From contig JAIRLD010000035.1 in NCBI GenBank assembly GCA_031259665.1, positions 1 through 60,501 of the forward strand: a DNA stretch of 60,501 nucleotides, in the 5' to 3' direction. A program made the position numbers and the translations under genes. Source of the DNA: Puniceicoccales bacterium (GTDB lineage Bacteria; Verrucomicrobiota; Verrucomicrobiia; Opitutales; LL51). Positions 21,001-36,000 of this stretch are shown here, in pieces. Position 1 is the stretch's first letter. The number at the start of each line of letters is the position of its first letter. Below the pieces are notes generated by a model. It worked only from the letters and a program-made list of their open reading frames with translations, was not told the origin of the DNA and did no database searches.

Positions 21001-24000
21001 TTAGCATATCTCGCTCTGAGTTCCAATGGGTCACCTGCCCATTAGTTAGGTAGCTCTTCGGTTTATTAGTAAAGTTATTAACAAAAGTATCCGTTATACA
21101 ATAACGCCCCGCATTGACTTTATTATTCGTATAATTGAAAGCATCATTGATTTCATCTTTAAACGGCACAATAACATCAGCTTCTGCATTAGCTAAACTA
21201 AAATCAGTGGCCGTAACAACATTGGTATAAGCTTTTAAATAGGCCGTATTGCTTACGGAAACCGAGTCTGTAGGCTTCATTAGGATATCCCGAAGGAAGG
21301 AAACCAAACTTCCCGCTTGAACTTGGTTCGAATCCTTACCACCACTCTGTGGCCAACCGCTGGGATTACTATCTTGTGAATATGGTGCCAAATTTAATAC
21401 CACCGGTTCCGTCACATTGGTCATCGTCTCCGCCGCATGTAATTGACTCGCATTTAATCCCGTCTTGTCCAAAAATTCTACCGTCGTGTTCCGAAGCGGA
21501 TCAAACGGAGAAACCGGCTTCTCCGCTAGCTTTTGCGTCTTCTCCTGGATCATCTCAATCATCGCCGGCGTCTTGTAATTCGAATTCTCAAAGAAACAAA
21601 GACGATCCCGCGCCATGTAAATCGGTACCTCCATGTTCTTCGTCACCTGCTCCACGTAATTCATCATCAAATCATTCTTCGGTAATTTCTCCTTCGCTAG
21701 CTTATAAATATACCCCTCCGTCGAAGTTTCCGCCCCATCCGCTTTGTACCGAAATAAATTCTGTAACGCATTGTGGCGCTGCACGTCCTTGAAAAGAACA
21801 CCGTCCACTCCCCACTCCGGCGCATCCGTCTCACTCCTCGCCTTCCCCCATTTACACTCAATCCCACTCCCCGTTCCATCGGAATTTTTAACCGTAAATA
21901 AATAGGACAATGGCTTCGTAATGGGCCCACCCGATTTAGGAGTCCATTGGTGGCTCGTGTAGGAACCAAGGGTACTCGCCAAATCGAGTACGCATTTCTC
22001 AATCTCTCCCTTCACATTGTTGTAACGAAATAAAAACTCATGGCTAATCAGCGGACTATCTCCACTCGATCGCACGAAATCGCATAGACGCAACGCGTGC
22101 TCCCCAGTCGACAATTTAACAAACTGTACCGTAATTTTTTCTTGTGTGCGAATAAATTGTACATTATCTTCCTTAAATATAATTTCATTGCCGATTTTTC
22201 CGTAGTTGTTGTAAGCGTATTCCAAAAGCGCAATCTTGCCGTAAACCTCAACCTGGCCTTCGATCACCTTAATCTTATCCGCCGTGATCTCCTTCAACTT
22301 CTTGACCATCTCCCCTAATTTTTCCTTCAAAGTATCCATTTGTGGCGAAATCACCGATACACTGTCTACCCCCTGCGCCTTCTTCGCTTCCTCCTCCTTA
22401 GCCTGATCCTCTAAATCCCAACTCAAACGTAAAGTCTCTAAACCCACTACCATCTCCTCAAACAACGTATAGCAAGTCTCATAAATTTCCTTATCGTAGT
22501 CCGCACCAGATTGATCATTCTTTTTATTTTTGGTCCCTTTTACCTCTTGTACCAATTTTCCAACCGCTAAAGATAAATCTCCACCAAAAAATTCTTCGTG
22601 ACTGATAATGTCGCCAAAATGGTTGTGGAGAACCGTATTGATTAACGCTATGCGCTGAAGAAAAATATTCTGCTCCTCCGAAGAAACTTTATATGCTTCC
22701 ACCTCATCGCGTAACCCACGGTAATACTTCAACCACTCCTCATTACTACTGATCAGTATTCGCTTCGTATACTCATCAAATACTTCCGCCAAAGCTCCTC
22801 CCCCATCCGATCGATACTCCGGATGCTCCCGCAAAGCTACTACGCCTAACTCGTCCTTCTGATCGTAGACCGCAACCGCTTTGCTATAAATATCGAGATT
22901 CCCATTGATAGCCTCTAAATGCTCTTTTATTTTACCTCCCAGTGCTCCGTATAGCGTTCGACTATCGCTGTTATCGATATTATCGATCAGCGTTTCCACA
23001 TGCTCCAAAGTCTGCCCAAATGACTTGACATAAACATCTCGAGTAAGTGCTTCATCGTCGTCTTCTGTAACCATTGCCAAATCTTTCACCGGGATATATC
23101 TCAATTGTGTCCCCTTTTGATACAACGCATCCTTGTTGTATAATTTCCCATCGGAACCGCGAAGTTGAATTACTTTTGAATCACAATAGAGATCATCCCG
23201 CGCTGTCGAAAAATCACCCTCATATTTGTAGAAAAGCCCATCACCTACTACGCTCCCATTCTGTTTAGCTAATTCAACAAAATCATATTTCGTGCCGTAA
23301 ACATAAAGTGTATCCACAGCCAAACTACTGACAAAATACGCCTCCTCATTCGGATCACGCTTTATATAATAGACATCGCGCAATTTAATGAAATTGGGAT
23401 CGCTTTTCACGGCATTCCATTTGTAATACCCGGTTGTTTCGGCACGAACGATTGCGCCCGCCTCATCAGGAGTATAGCATCCAGCAGTACCATCAATCGT
23501 TATCTTTTTTTCTTGACCAAAGTAGGCTTCGGGTTTGCCTGTTTTTGTATCGATTTGATAACACAAAATACTGCCATTCGCATCCACTTGATACAATGAG
23601 ACGAGATTATCTATAGTAACCGATTTGCCATAGGCATCGACACAAAAGGATTGAATTTTGGCCTTGGGATCAGTACCGATATAGAGATCACTTTTTCTAA
23701 CATATTCTTCGCCAATTTTAATGCGATCTCCAAGGTTGCTCTCATCAACATAAATGAATTTAGTCGGATTAGGTATCACAACTGCACCGGTTCCCGTACC
23801 GGTTTTAAACGCATAAACGCCCGTAATTTTAGTTGTCGCTGCCGGACCAACGCATAGTTGCGAAGTCGTCTCGGTCTGTGTGGCGTAATACTGGCCATCA
23901 TCACCCTTCAGAAAGTAACCTTCTTTTACCTCATTCGTTACACTCTGGCGATAGGCAAATTCATAATTTTTAAAAATATTGTCTGCAGCTAAGGATGTTA

Positions 24001-27000
24001 ACGTGGTACTCGCCTTCTTCAAATAAGCGAAGCCTAGAAAATCACTATAGGAACCATCGATGGAAATTTTCAAATTCGTAGTACTATAAAGCTTATTATC
24101 GGTACCCTTTAGGTAGCAATTCTCAGTCGCTGATGTCGCATATGTTTGAGCAGTAGTATTAATGGTGACGTTGTAGACCGAAAATTTTCCATTTTCCGTA
24201 CTATATCCATCAACTTTTATGGCTTTCGTTGCATCATATGTGCTTAAATCTTCTCCCACTGGAACAAGGTAGGGCGCCATGTAAGCGCCATTGCTACTTT
24301 GCAATTCGGTTAGAGCGCCGTCAAATCTCGTCAATTTTCCATTTTTTTTGACAACAAGTTGAAAATCTTGCAAATTATAGTACTGGCCTCCGGCTTTGAC
24401 AGCTTTGGATAATTGTCCTTGAAGTTCCGTATAAACGGGTGAGTCATTTTTTTCAATTGTATATTGATTAAATAATCCCGATCCGCTAACACTTCCCCCT
24501 TCAGCGGGTTTGACCAATACATTATTACTTGTATTCAAGTAAAATGGAATATTGGAGTTATTGTCATTCAATGCCCGATAACATACCTGTCCCGCCTCAT
24601 TTTTATAATTCACTTTTAGGGTGATATCACCACGCCTTCGATCGTAGTATTTGTCTCCTATTTTGACAAAATTTCCACTCGCATTCAACGATACTGTATA
24701 TTGTTCCGTTGGCTTGGAAACCCGCACAAATTCTGTTCCATTTTTCATGAAAATGTTGCTTAATCCCTGTTTATCGAGCGCCAAACCTGATCCAGTTTCG
24801 CCGCTTACATTCACATCATTGAGACCATACAATAGACCATCTTCTCCTTCGACGTTCATGACCTTTGCAGTATATAAATTTTTATCTTTTACCTCTGTCA
24901 CAACTGCATTATTAGATCCGACCACAAATATGCCATCCAGTCCTGCTATTCCACCAGCTACGGTTGCTTCTTTTTTGACCATTACTTTGCCGCTCGCATC
25001 CTTAGTAGGTACGTAGGTATTACCACTACTTAACTTTACATACTCTTTTTCCCCATCTTTTATTTGTATATTGCTGTTCTCAGAAATCGCTATGTAACGA
25101 TTTCCTGGAAACAGTAACTTACCTCCCGCGCTAATGCTATCACTACTCCCAACGGTCTTAATTTTGTAATACTGTCCCGAATATTGCGCGTAAACCTCCT
25201 CCTTTATTACCTGAACTAGTGTAGATTCTTGCAAGACAAACCAATTCCCTGAGCCTGATACTAAATTATAGTCTGCATATAGTTTTTTAGCGCTGGTACC
25301 GCTCACATCATGATAAATTCCATCTTCGCCATGTGCATAAGAACCATTTGTACTTTTGAAGGGAGTCACAAAACTTGTTCCAGTATCCGTATTTTCGCTA
25401 GCACGTATCAATTGTTTATTGGTCGTATCATTGATAAAAAGGTTACTATATGTCACTTCTTCCAAAACGTAGGGCTGCCAACTCGTAACAGCGAGATCTG
25501 TCGCGGTTCCCGTTTTATACAAACCCGTATCCTCTACTTTTGCTATCAAAACTTTACTTGAATTAGCGACGATCATACCATAAAAGCCAACTATCCCACT
25601 CGTTGTATCATTAATTTCTTTTTTAATCTTTAAATTGCCCGACTCATTCTTAATGGATTCATATGTATCGCTAGCGCTTAGCTTGACATATTCTCTTTCT
25701 GTGCGCGCTATTTTTTCATTGCTTCCGCTTATCGTTATGTAACGATCTCCTACTTGTAAAGGTATATTATCGGCTAAAATGCTGGCGCCTGCTCCTACTG
25801 TTTGAATTTCATAGTAAGATGTATTACGTTGCGCATAAAGTTTCACAGGATTTTCTACCGTAGCCAACGTGGAACTTTGAAGGACATAACAAGTATCGGT
25901 ATCCGTCGACAATTGATAATCCGCATATAGTTTATGGGTAGCGCCGGTTCCGCTAATCTGATAATAGGTTCCATTGGTACCGCATACAAAGGAGCCGTTT
26001 AAACCCGTTTGTGGAGCCCTTTTAAAACTATTCGTATACCCAAATTCTTCACCATTCGTTGTCTTAATTTTGACATCATTTAATTTATAATATCCTCCAT
26101 CACTCGCCTGCACATAATCGTTGGCTGGCGTTATTCCTGAACCTGTTTTAAGTTTGAATCCTTGGGCCACGTTAGTCGTTCCACTCTTTTTTATCGGTAA
26201 ATATTTCCCATTGGTGTAGATACAATCGCCTTCGATCGGAGTAACCCCTTCTTCCTTTTTATACTTACTCTCCGGATGAGGAACGTAAAGATATTCATCT
26301 TTGCTATCAACTGTTCGCTTTATGTAGCGGCGATCGGGAAATTCTATGCGATATTCTTTATCGCCGGTTCCAGTAAAATAATACTCGTCCGAATTCCCAA
26401 CAAGAACGTACTGCTTCAATATATCTGAATAGATATACACCTCTTTGTTTTCCGCTGTAAAGCCTTCCGGGTTGTTATTGGCCAAAACATACCGCTCATA
26501 GGTGACAGGTACCACCAAATAGGGATCATCGCGCGTGACATACTTTTCACCGGTGCCCTTCTGATACAATTTCGTACCGAAAAACTTTTTTTCATTCTGC
26601 GTTGAACGATAGAAGAGATTTGCAGGCGTAGCACTAGAACAAGTAATCTGCTCTCCGCTTTCCAAGATATATTTTTTGTTTGATCCTTCGACTGCTTCCC
26701 CTACAATTTTATAGTATGTTCCTTCGACAGTTTTCTTCTCTTCATCCGATTCATTACCGGTCAATTCTGCCTCTTTGTAGTAATATTTTGTGTAAACATC
26801 ATCAACTTTGTAATATTGTCCCTCATCACCGATGATGAAATAGTCTCGATCGTTGGCGAGAGGTCCTTGAAGATCGGGAAGATCTTTAGCGGCAACTTCG
26901 GCATATTCTTTTAGAGTTGCTCTGTAGCAAAATGTGTCATTGCTATTCAAATCGATGTATCGAATGACATCCTTATCGTACACCTTACGTTTTAAATGGT

Positions 27001-30000
27001 AACGTACTATATCATAATAGGTCCCATCTTCACCTAAAACGAAGTAGCTTTTATAGGAATTTGAAACAGGTTGCGTTATCGTATCTGTGGTCAATACATA
27101 GGTTTGGTTACTGTTTTCATTTCCTTCGATTTGTTCAGCTTGGCTGATTTGTTCATATATTATGTTTGGAGCTAGGATACGAACATGTTGTTCCGGTGAA
27201 AGTTGGACAAAGGCAACTTCTTGCTCTGCTAATTTAAAATATTGACCATTACTATAGACATATTGCTTATTTTGCTGCACATCATACTGAATATAGCCTC
27301 CTCTTTCCGCCGGTTCCCGGTAGAGCCAACCCGTATCATTGACACTATGTCCTTGCATAATCTGATTGTCGGATTCGAAATAATGGGGGTGGGAATCGAT
27401 GATTTTGATATCGCCCTGATAGGGTTTAATTTTTTCTGAAAGTGTCTGGATATTGGCATCGTCTCCGCAGGTATAATATGTTTCATACGTCTTAGTAGCA
27501 ACATCAAAAATAGTATTATACTTAGTTCTAGCCGAATTTAATTCGGTTTCACTACTATTCCACTCGGGATATTTTTTTTGCAAAAATATCATGAAACAGG
27601 CCGTATTGAATGCCCGAAATATATTGGCGATGGTCTTGTCTGACGTTATTTTTTGATTAATTGCATCGATAATGTTTTTGATTGCTTTATAGATGCCCGT
27701 ATTCTCATAGTTTGCCTCGTCCGCATAATCACCATTGGATAGTTTTTGTAATGTCTCTGCTAAAGAATCTGCTCCCGTTTCTGTTAATTTTCCTTGAATC
27801 GTATTATAACAATCGACCAATTTGTTGTATTCATTTTTTGCCTCTTCGGCGTTATTGCCTATGGCAGATATATCTTTGGCAACCGTTGTCAATGTTGTTA
27901 AGACAGCAATTGCTTCCTGCGTCGTCGTATTGGTAGGTGGCTTCAATACGTTCCAGAGTAATCGATTTAGCTCTTTAAAGTTTGATCGGAGATCCGTTAG
28001 TTGCTGAAAATTGGCATTGGCACTGCTATTTACGTTACTTTGCAATGTATTTACGTTTTTCAGTAAAGCATTGCCAAAGGTTGAAACCGTATTGGCAGCG
28101 TAATATTTTTGCAAAGTTTCATCGGAACCAAAATTTGAAAATAGGTTTTCAATATACTCATTTATATTTTTAACGATTTCTTCGACACTACCTGCATCAA
28201 TTTGGCCTGTAGGTGTTGGAAAAGTTGTTGCATATTGTGTTTGTAAACCTATTCTTTCTACTTCATTTTCACCGAGATGAGGATACATTTTTTCCAATAG
28301 GAGAAGGTAGTACTGGGGCCGTGCTTTTTCAAAAGCCGTTTGAATCTCTGTAAAACAAGCTCGCAATTTAGTAGCATCTTCTTCTAGAAGACCTGCTGTC
28401 AATGCTGAGTTATTTATTGTTGTGATAATTGCTCCAAATGCGTTATTGATAGCATCCAAATTTGCCTGTGTCGGTTCCCCTACAAATAATATTATGGAGC
28501 TATTAAGTGCGGCTATATTTGTATTGATTGTATCTGCCAAATCTCCCATTTTTTGAATAATCAGCAATGGTACATCTGAAGCATTTAGATCATGTAATAA
28601 TTTATCCAAAGAAATTTGGGAAATGCTTGTTATTTGGGGAATTGTGCCATCCGCTATATATTCTTGGAAGCCATCGTATAAACTGTGCACACATTGCTCT
28701 ACTTCTTCTTTGTAATTATCGAATATTTTCGAAAATGTTTCAAATTTATCCTGTTTTACATTCACATCAATGCCCATTTTGATACTACTTAAACCAACGC
28801 CTCCTATTGAATTTCCAGGATATAGGGATTGGAAAATAGCGTCCAATGTCTCTCCGGAAGTGTCACTTTGGGCAATATAGGCTTTATGGAGCAAAGTTTT
28901 CAAAGCATTTACTTCATCCGCAGGCAAATATTTTTCACAGAGCTCATCATCGGAAGTTTCTAAGTCTTCCCAGTGGCCAAAAATGGAGCAAAGCAATTCG
29001 ATTTCCTCCCGCGTTGCGGTACCTGAACCACTAAGTTTAGGAAAAATTCCGAGATAGGTTAAGGCCTCAAAGCGATACAAATTCTCAATTAAATGATCCA
29101 TATAATCATTGTGTGCCTTGATTTGATCGGAGCTCCACGTAATAGGCAGAACACTAATATAATACGGCGTATTTGGCTGTATGGATTGACCGGGTTCCGG
29201 TTTTTGAACGCAAGAATAGTTATTTTTTAGCGTCTGAATTTTCGCATCAATCTTTAGACGCAACTGTGCATGGATCATTAAAAACACTTCCCGATAGGCG
29301 GATCCAGTGGAATTCTCACTATTGAAAACATTTTTTAAAATCGTCAGGAGTCCCTCCGCAGAAGCGAGACTCGTTTGTAAAGCATTTTTCTGCGTAGCAT
29401 GGGCATTGGGATTGTCGGCATCATAGGCGGCAACGAAATTATCGATTGCCGTTTGGATTGCTCCCGTTAACGCTCCGGATTTGATCAATGTACTTTGAAA
29501 AAATCCCATCATATCATTGTAGGCTTCGACCAAAATACTCATGCTGTGATTTTCATTATTTTTATTAATATCAGTAACCGTAAGATCTTCGATAGCCTGG
29601 AGGTCGACAATGGCAGTATCAACTAATTCAGGTGATGCTGCAAACATCTCATCCGAGAAACTCTTTAGGGCGTTGAGGAGTTCATTCGGTTCCGATCCTA
29701 TCCCCAGTAGGCTATCCGATATCTGGCTTAAATTATAAATATACTCGACTTCCTGGGATACTTCTGTAAAAATTCCTCCCAGTGATGTTCCGATATGGTT
29801 TGTATCGACTAGATCGAAAAGCTTCTGTATACTATCACCTAACAATGCAGCACTCGAAATACCCATACCGCCTGCTTGTTCCAATAATGTTAGAACTTTA
29901 TCGAGTGTGAGTGTTGCGGCATCATTTTTAAACACCGAAATACCGGAATAGGGTAACTCTTCCGATCCTGGAATCGGTTCTTCTCCGTACAAAAATTTTT

Positions 30001-33000
30001 GGATTATTTCTCTTCCATTCGCATTTCCTAATTTTTCTTGCAAAGTATTTACTAGCAACAACTTCTCAATTGTCGCACTACAGCTCAGAATATCTCTTAT
30101 TATCTCTACAACTTCCGGATCGAGAAGATCGTCATTGTCGTCATTTCTTATTCCTTGTCCAAGACAATTATCTAATTGTGTAGAAAATTCTTTTAATTTC
30201 GCCAGGTTCAGTGAAGGTTCAGCGCGAATAGCAGCCAAGGTACCAGCAATCGTCTCATTCCACTCATTCTCACTCATTGCACTCCCTGCCCCTACTCGAC
30301 TTTGATAAGCAGTATAGTTGGCATCGGTACATAATGCAATATGCTCTTTTAATAAATCAAGGTTATCGAGGATAGCTTCTGCGTTTTGTAAACGTTCTTC
30401 GATGATTGTCTTTTGTAGAACGTTGGCTGTATTTTTATTGCCATTTAGCGCGTCCGTTACTTTGGTTTTTGCTGTCGCTAAATTACAATTTTGTAAACCT
30501 GACAAAGCAGTATCCAATTCAGTTTGTGCCTTTGCATTAAAAATAGCTGTCAATTTCTCGCTATAATCTTCAATGGCTGTGGAAACAAAACTCAATATGT
30601 CTGGCAATGAATCCGTACCGGAATTGCCAATTTTAACGGTACCGTCAAATACCTCCAACAAATTAAAAATATCGTGGGTTGTGGAATCAAAAATTTTATC
30701 CGTATCTGTATTTGCTTCTGTTATTTTTTCATCACTCAACGCATTTTTAATCGTTTCGAGTGTCAGTGTCACTTGGTCACCATCGAATTCATAGGGAGCA
30801 ACCAAAGCATTTACGATGTCGTAGCGCGCTTTCTCCTTCATCGGCAAGGCTTGCTGTACCATCATGTTTTTTACTTTAGTTTCAATTGCGCTTTTCTCAT
30901 CATCGGATAAAGTGTGACCAGTGCCGTCAATCTTGTTTGCCGCCGTTAAGACATCAATCCATTCTTCATCGACTTCTAGTTCATCCTTCAATCTATCCAG
31001 GGACAATACAGTCTCCGACATGGTCCATGTAGGACTATCTATTGCCGAACATATTGCTTCATATTGCGTTTGTAATGCTTCAAAAAGAGCTTGTTGCTCG
31101 CTATAACCATTTAATTCTGGGGTCAAATATCCATTTGTTTGAAGCGATTCTACCAGAATGCTTAAAGCTCCATTAAAATCTTCCGTACTAATCTCCGTAT
31201 CGTTCTTAGCGAAAAGATTATATGTATAGGTATCCAAAATACATTGCCAGTAGGTATCGACATATTTTTCGTCATAAGTAACAAGGAGAGTTGTAACATC
31301 CTCAATCTCAACAGATGGATCAATTGTTTCACTTTCAGGATATTTTACAACTTCTTCGTTGATTGCCGTTATTTCCGCATCATCCCAAGTATAATATGCC
31401 TCCGGTGAAATGGTCGTTTCTGTCTCTGCGGTTAATGCCCTCTTCAAAGATGTATCACTTTCTATTCCTTCGTTATCCGTTTGTTGTAAAAATCCTACTA
31501 TCTCGATATCATCGCTGCCAGCTGTATCAATTTCCAAACAATGTTTATCAAATGCTTCGAGTATTTCTTTTAATTGAGCCACACTACTGCTGGAAAAATT
31601 GTTCTTATCGGTAATCCCATCGAGTGCCTTTAAAAACAAATATTGGAATGCTTTTTTGTCGTCTGCTGAACCAAGCCCCTCATAAACTGTTTTTATTCGA
31701 TCTGCCAATGCTCCGCTACTATCCGTTTGCCCCCAAAATGCAGTCCAATTTGTTAAATTGTTTCCATAGGAAGTAATACTTCCATTCGTATCGTAGGTAA
31801 CATTTCCAAAAGCATCTGTAAATAATGTTATTGTATTGGTAATGGAATTTTCTTCAGTATTGTCCCATGTATCATAATTAAACCCAGTTCTTTGGAGAAA
31901 GTAAGTGCTCGCCGGATGGGCTGGTGGTTGTGTTCCTATTATAGCTGAATTTTTTGTTTCCAATGATGTGATTACATCAGTTAAAAGTTCTATCAATAAA
32001 TCTTTTTTTCCAGGTTTTGTATCTTCAGTTTCATTCGCATCATAAAATACGTAGGGATTAGTAGAATTATCACCCGAGAAAAGATATATGGATGTTGAGT
32101 CAGGGGTAGCAGCTATGGCACATAATAGAGCTTTAAACGCTTCCAGTTGTGCCTGCGTACATTGATCATTGGCATCTTTGAAAGCATCCTTCAATCCATT
32201 GACAACCTGATAGCGGAAATTCGCCAGTATCTGATTGATGTAAACTTCTAACTCTTCCTGATCGGTCTCAGTAACTATAATGGTTATATCATTCGGTAAA
32301 TCCGTATCATCCGCTTCCAGAGTTACATTTTGATCCGTTTCCCTAAATGTCGCATTCTCTATTTTTCCCAAAAGGTCTCCAAAAAAATCATTGAGCGGCT
32401 CAAGTTGATCAGGCGTTACACTTCGGTCTGCAGAAGCTTCGATAGCAGTCCTCAGATCAGCCAGAATGGTATCTAGTTTAGGAACAGCTGCATCATCACC
32501 AATATCCGTTTTTGTTAAAGTATTATAAATATTTGCTTTTAAACTTTTTATGTAGTTTTCCTTGGTAGCTTCCGTGTCAGAGTAAGCTAATTCGCCGACA
32601 ATCTTTGCTGTAACTTCAGTCTCGTCATTTACATCAGCAAAAACATAGCTTTCTGCCAATTGCCAGAAGTTTTCTGTATCCAAAAGTCCCTGAAATATTT
32701 CACTAGCATCTTCGATTTTCGATTTCGTTCCGTAGGCATACACCCCCTGATACATCTCCAATAAAGACAAATCTGGCTTGTTGACTAAAGCTGTAACTTG
32801 GGCATTAAGTTCATCCGTAAAAATACTTCCCGTGACATCAATGATGTAGGCTTTTAGAAAATCAATCGCCACGTAATCATTTTCACTATAATCACCTAGG
32901 CGATCGACGATATTAACAACCATTTGATTGTTAAACGATTGATATAATTCGATCTCTGCCGTGATAAGGGATTGTAATTTTTCTACATCGCTTGATGTTA

Positions 33001-36000
33001 AAAATGTTTTGACCATATCCACACCATTCCCACTTTGAACAACATAGAATTCCGTTGCGCTCGTTGTATCCTTGAATTTCCCGATGAGGAACGATTGGCC
33101 ATTTAATGTGACTGATTGAACATGCGCAGTATCTGCCGACAAATCACTACTAATCTTACTCCAATCGATGACGCCATTGATTAATAAATTGTTTTGTTCG
33201 TTTGATGTTAGCTCTTGTATAGTCTTTTTCACTTCATTAAGAGGATCCAATATTGCCTCTATTTTTGCGCGTAAGCTTGTATCTGATATACCATAACTCG
33301 CGAGCAAATTACCTTTAGCAGTAGTAATACCATCTGGAACAGTCGGTTCTGGAGTCTCGGCTTCACTTGGAACAGTCGGTTCAGCTTCGGCTTCAGCCAA
33401 GGCAGTGAGAGCAGTTTTATAGGATTCTACAGCTGCCGCAAGACTATCCGATGATGGAGAAGTGCCATCTAGACAAAAGTCATTGACAATTGTATTGTAA
33501 ACCGATGTAAATTGACTCACAAACCATCGCGAACGATCATAGGCACTGTCGGCTTGTGGGATAACGTCCCCTCCTCCATCTATCCTAGAGCCAATCACTG
33601 GAACGGGAGTAATACCTGAGGTAGGTCCTTCTCCGTTTATAATAATGTTACAGATGACATCATATAATTCCCCAAAGTTTAATACCCTCGGAACACCCGG
33701 CATATCTGTAAAATATGGCCCGGGAACCCTTTGTATATCTGTGAAATATTGACAATTTTCAGGCATAAGTTCTGCTACAGAAGGATTCTCCGTCTTAACC
33801 TCACCATCTACTGCATCTTTGAGTGTACCCGTTTCCGATGTATCCGTATACTTAACGGGTGAAAGAGTACTACCATCGTAGGTAGCTCGATCGATCATAT
33901 CGAATAACTTTAGACAATCCGCTTTTGTAATTGTAAAACTTCTGCTCTCCGTACTACCCAGTTCTTCTTGATCGATAAACCCCCTTAATATCGTCCTCAG
34001 CATATCTAAGTTGGTAAAATTCGTATTCCAAGTGGAGGGTACGATCGCAGACAACAGGTTATATAAAGTTGTTTTTTTACTTTGCCGTAAAACATCAACC
34101 AACCATTGTAAAACCTCATTACCATGAGCCGCCCCTAAATCTGTCAATTTATTATTTAGATCCGTCCCGAATTGTGTGCCACTTTTGATTTTCCCCATGT
34201 AGTCGTCGCCCTCAAGCTTGTTTTCCAATGCCGTTAATTGGCTATGCATCGCCTCAAAGGCAACTATGGCATCAACAGTACTCCCTATTGTCCCATCGAA
34301 TATCTTTAAATAGTTTGCGACTTCTATGCCCTTTAAGAACCCAATGGCCTCATTGTAGGCGCTCGCAACTTGATTGAATAAATAGACATACTGATCCTTC
34401 TCGATGGAAGTCTCATTGTAAATATTAAAATCTGAAGAAAGTGGTGATATGAGTTGTAAATTATTAATCGCATTTGTTAATGCGGTTACCCCGCCTGTTG
34501 AAGTCACGCCGACTAAATCCGCTATGGCAGTATTTAAAGTATTGAAATTCGCCTCATATGCTTCAAATTTGCTCGCGGGATCGTAGCTCGCATTAGTAAA
34601 AATTTCCCTCAGACTATTTACCCCATCGGCCTCCAACTTCGATAAAATACCCTGTACGTAATGCTCATCTCCAACAGTACCAATGTCACTCAAATTGCAG
34701 TCACCTTTGAGCGGTAACAAATTAATGCCAAAATTAGCAATCAGTGAATAACTCGCCTCATCAGTTTCTAAAAATTTAATCAATTTATTTAAAATAACTT
34801 CTAGACTTGTTCTTTCTGATGCAAACGCTTTTAAGTCTTCCAATAGGCAATTATAGGGTGAATCGTCTCCGCTTCTGGCCGTATACCAAGTGGGGTACTT
34901 CTTTTGTTCTTTTTCGATGAAAAATGCAACTTCAATATGGTCTAAAAAGGTCAATAAATCATTGATCGCATTCTTAAGATTTGTCTCATTGGTGATACTC
35001 CCCGCCTGTGTTAGATTAATTTCACCATATATACTATCTATATTCCCTCTGATTGCATTCAATTCAACTTGGATATCATCAAAGACCTCATCCGCTGTAG
35101 CTAGGCCGGCACTTTTAAGGTTTGTTATTAAATTTCCCGCCGGATTTACAAGTCCCTTCAAACCGGTACTGAGTTCATTGTAGGTATCAATAAATGTGTT
35201 GACGGTATAGGCATAACCGCCACCATCATCGAAGGTCTTGGTTGCAAAAACTAAATCACCTAAACTAGTCCCAAGCGTATCACAGTGATCTGAGGTCGAC
35301 AGATCTATAAACGTCTCAAACGCGCTATTTAAAGCATAAACCGATGCGTGAACGGCAGTCATCTGCGCCTTGATGTCCGCTGCCGCATGGGTTAAAACAC
35401 TTTTGGCTAAATCTTCGACCCCCTTCGCCACATAGGTGTCGCTTTTTATCGTCGGGTAAACGTTAGCAAACAGGGTCAAAAGTGAAAAATCAATGCTGTT
35501 GGAACTAATGTATTTCGTTAACTGTGAAAATAGGGAAGTTCCATCCGTATAGGGAATGTGCTCGCAGGAAACGAGTAATCGCTTAAATTGCGATAGGAGC
35601 TCCTCTTTGTCGTATAAATCCGATGTCTTATAGGCCTCAATCGCATTTAAAATTTCCGCAACGGGGATATTGATATCCTCATTGGAATTATACTTGGTCA
35701 CGTGCTCGACGATCCCCTTGGCATATAGATAGGCTCCCGCTTCCTCGTCGTACTCCTTTTCCCCATTTAGACTGACAATGCTCGTATCGACTGTCCCTGA
35801 AGCGTATTCGCCATTGTCAGTGGTACGCATAATTTCATGGTCGACGGCCATACTGTAAATTTTATTGACCAGTAACTGGCGTTTAACAGTATCCGAACGC
35901 CAACCGGCAACCGTTTCGTCCAAAAGATAGGCATTCAGTTGCTTTTTGAATTCCTTAGCTTTTTTATACTCCAAAAACAAATCAATAGCTTCCAATTCCC

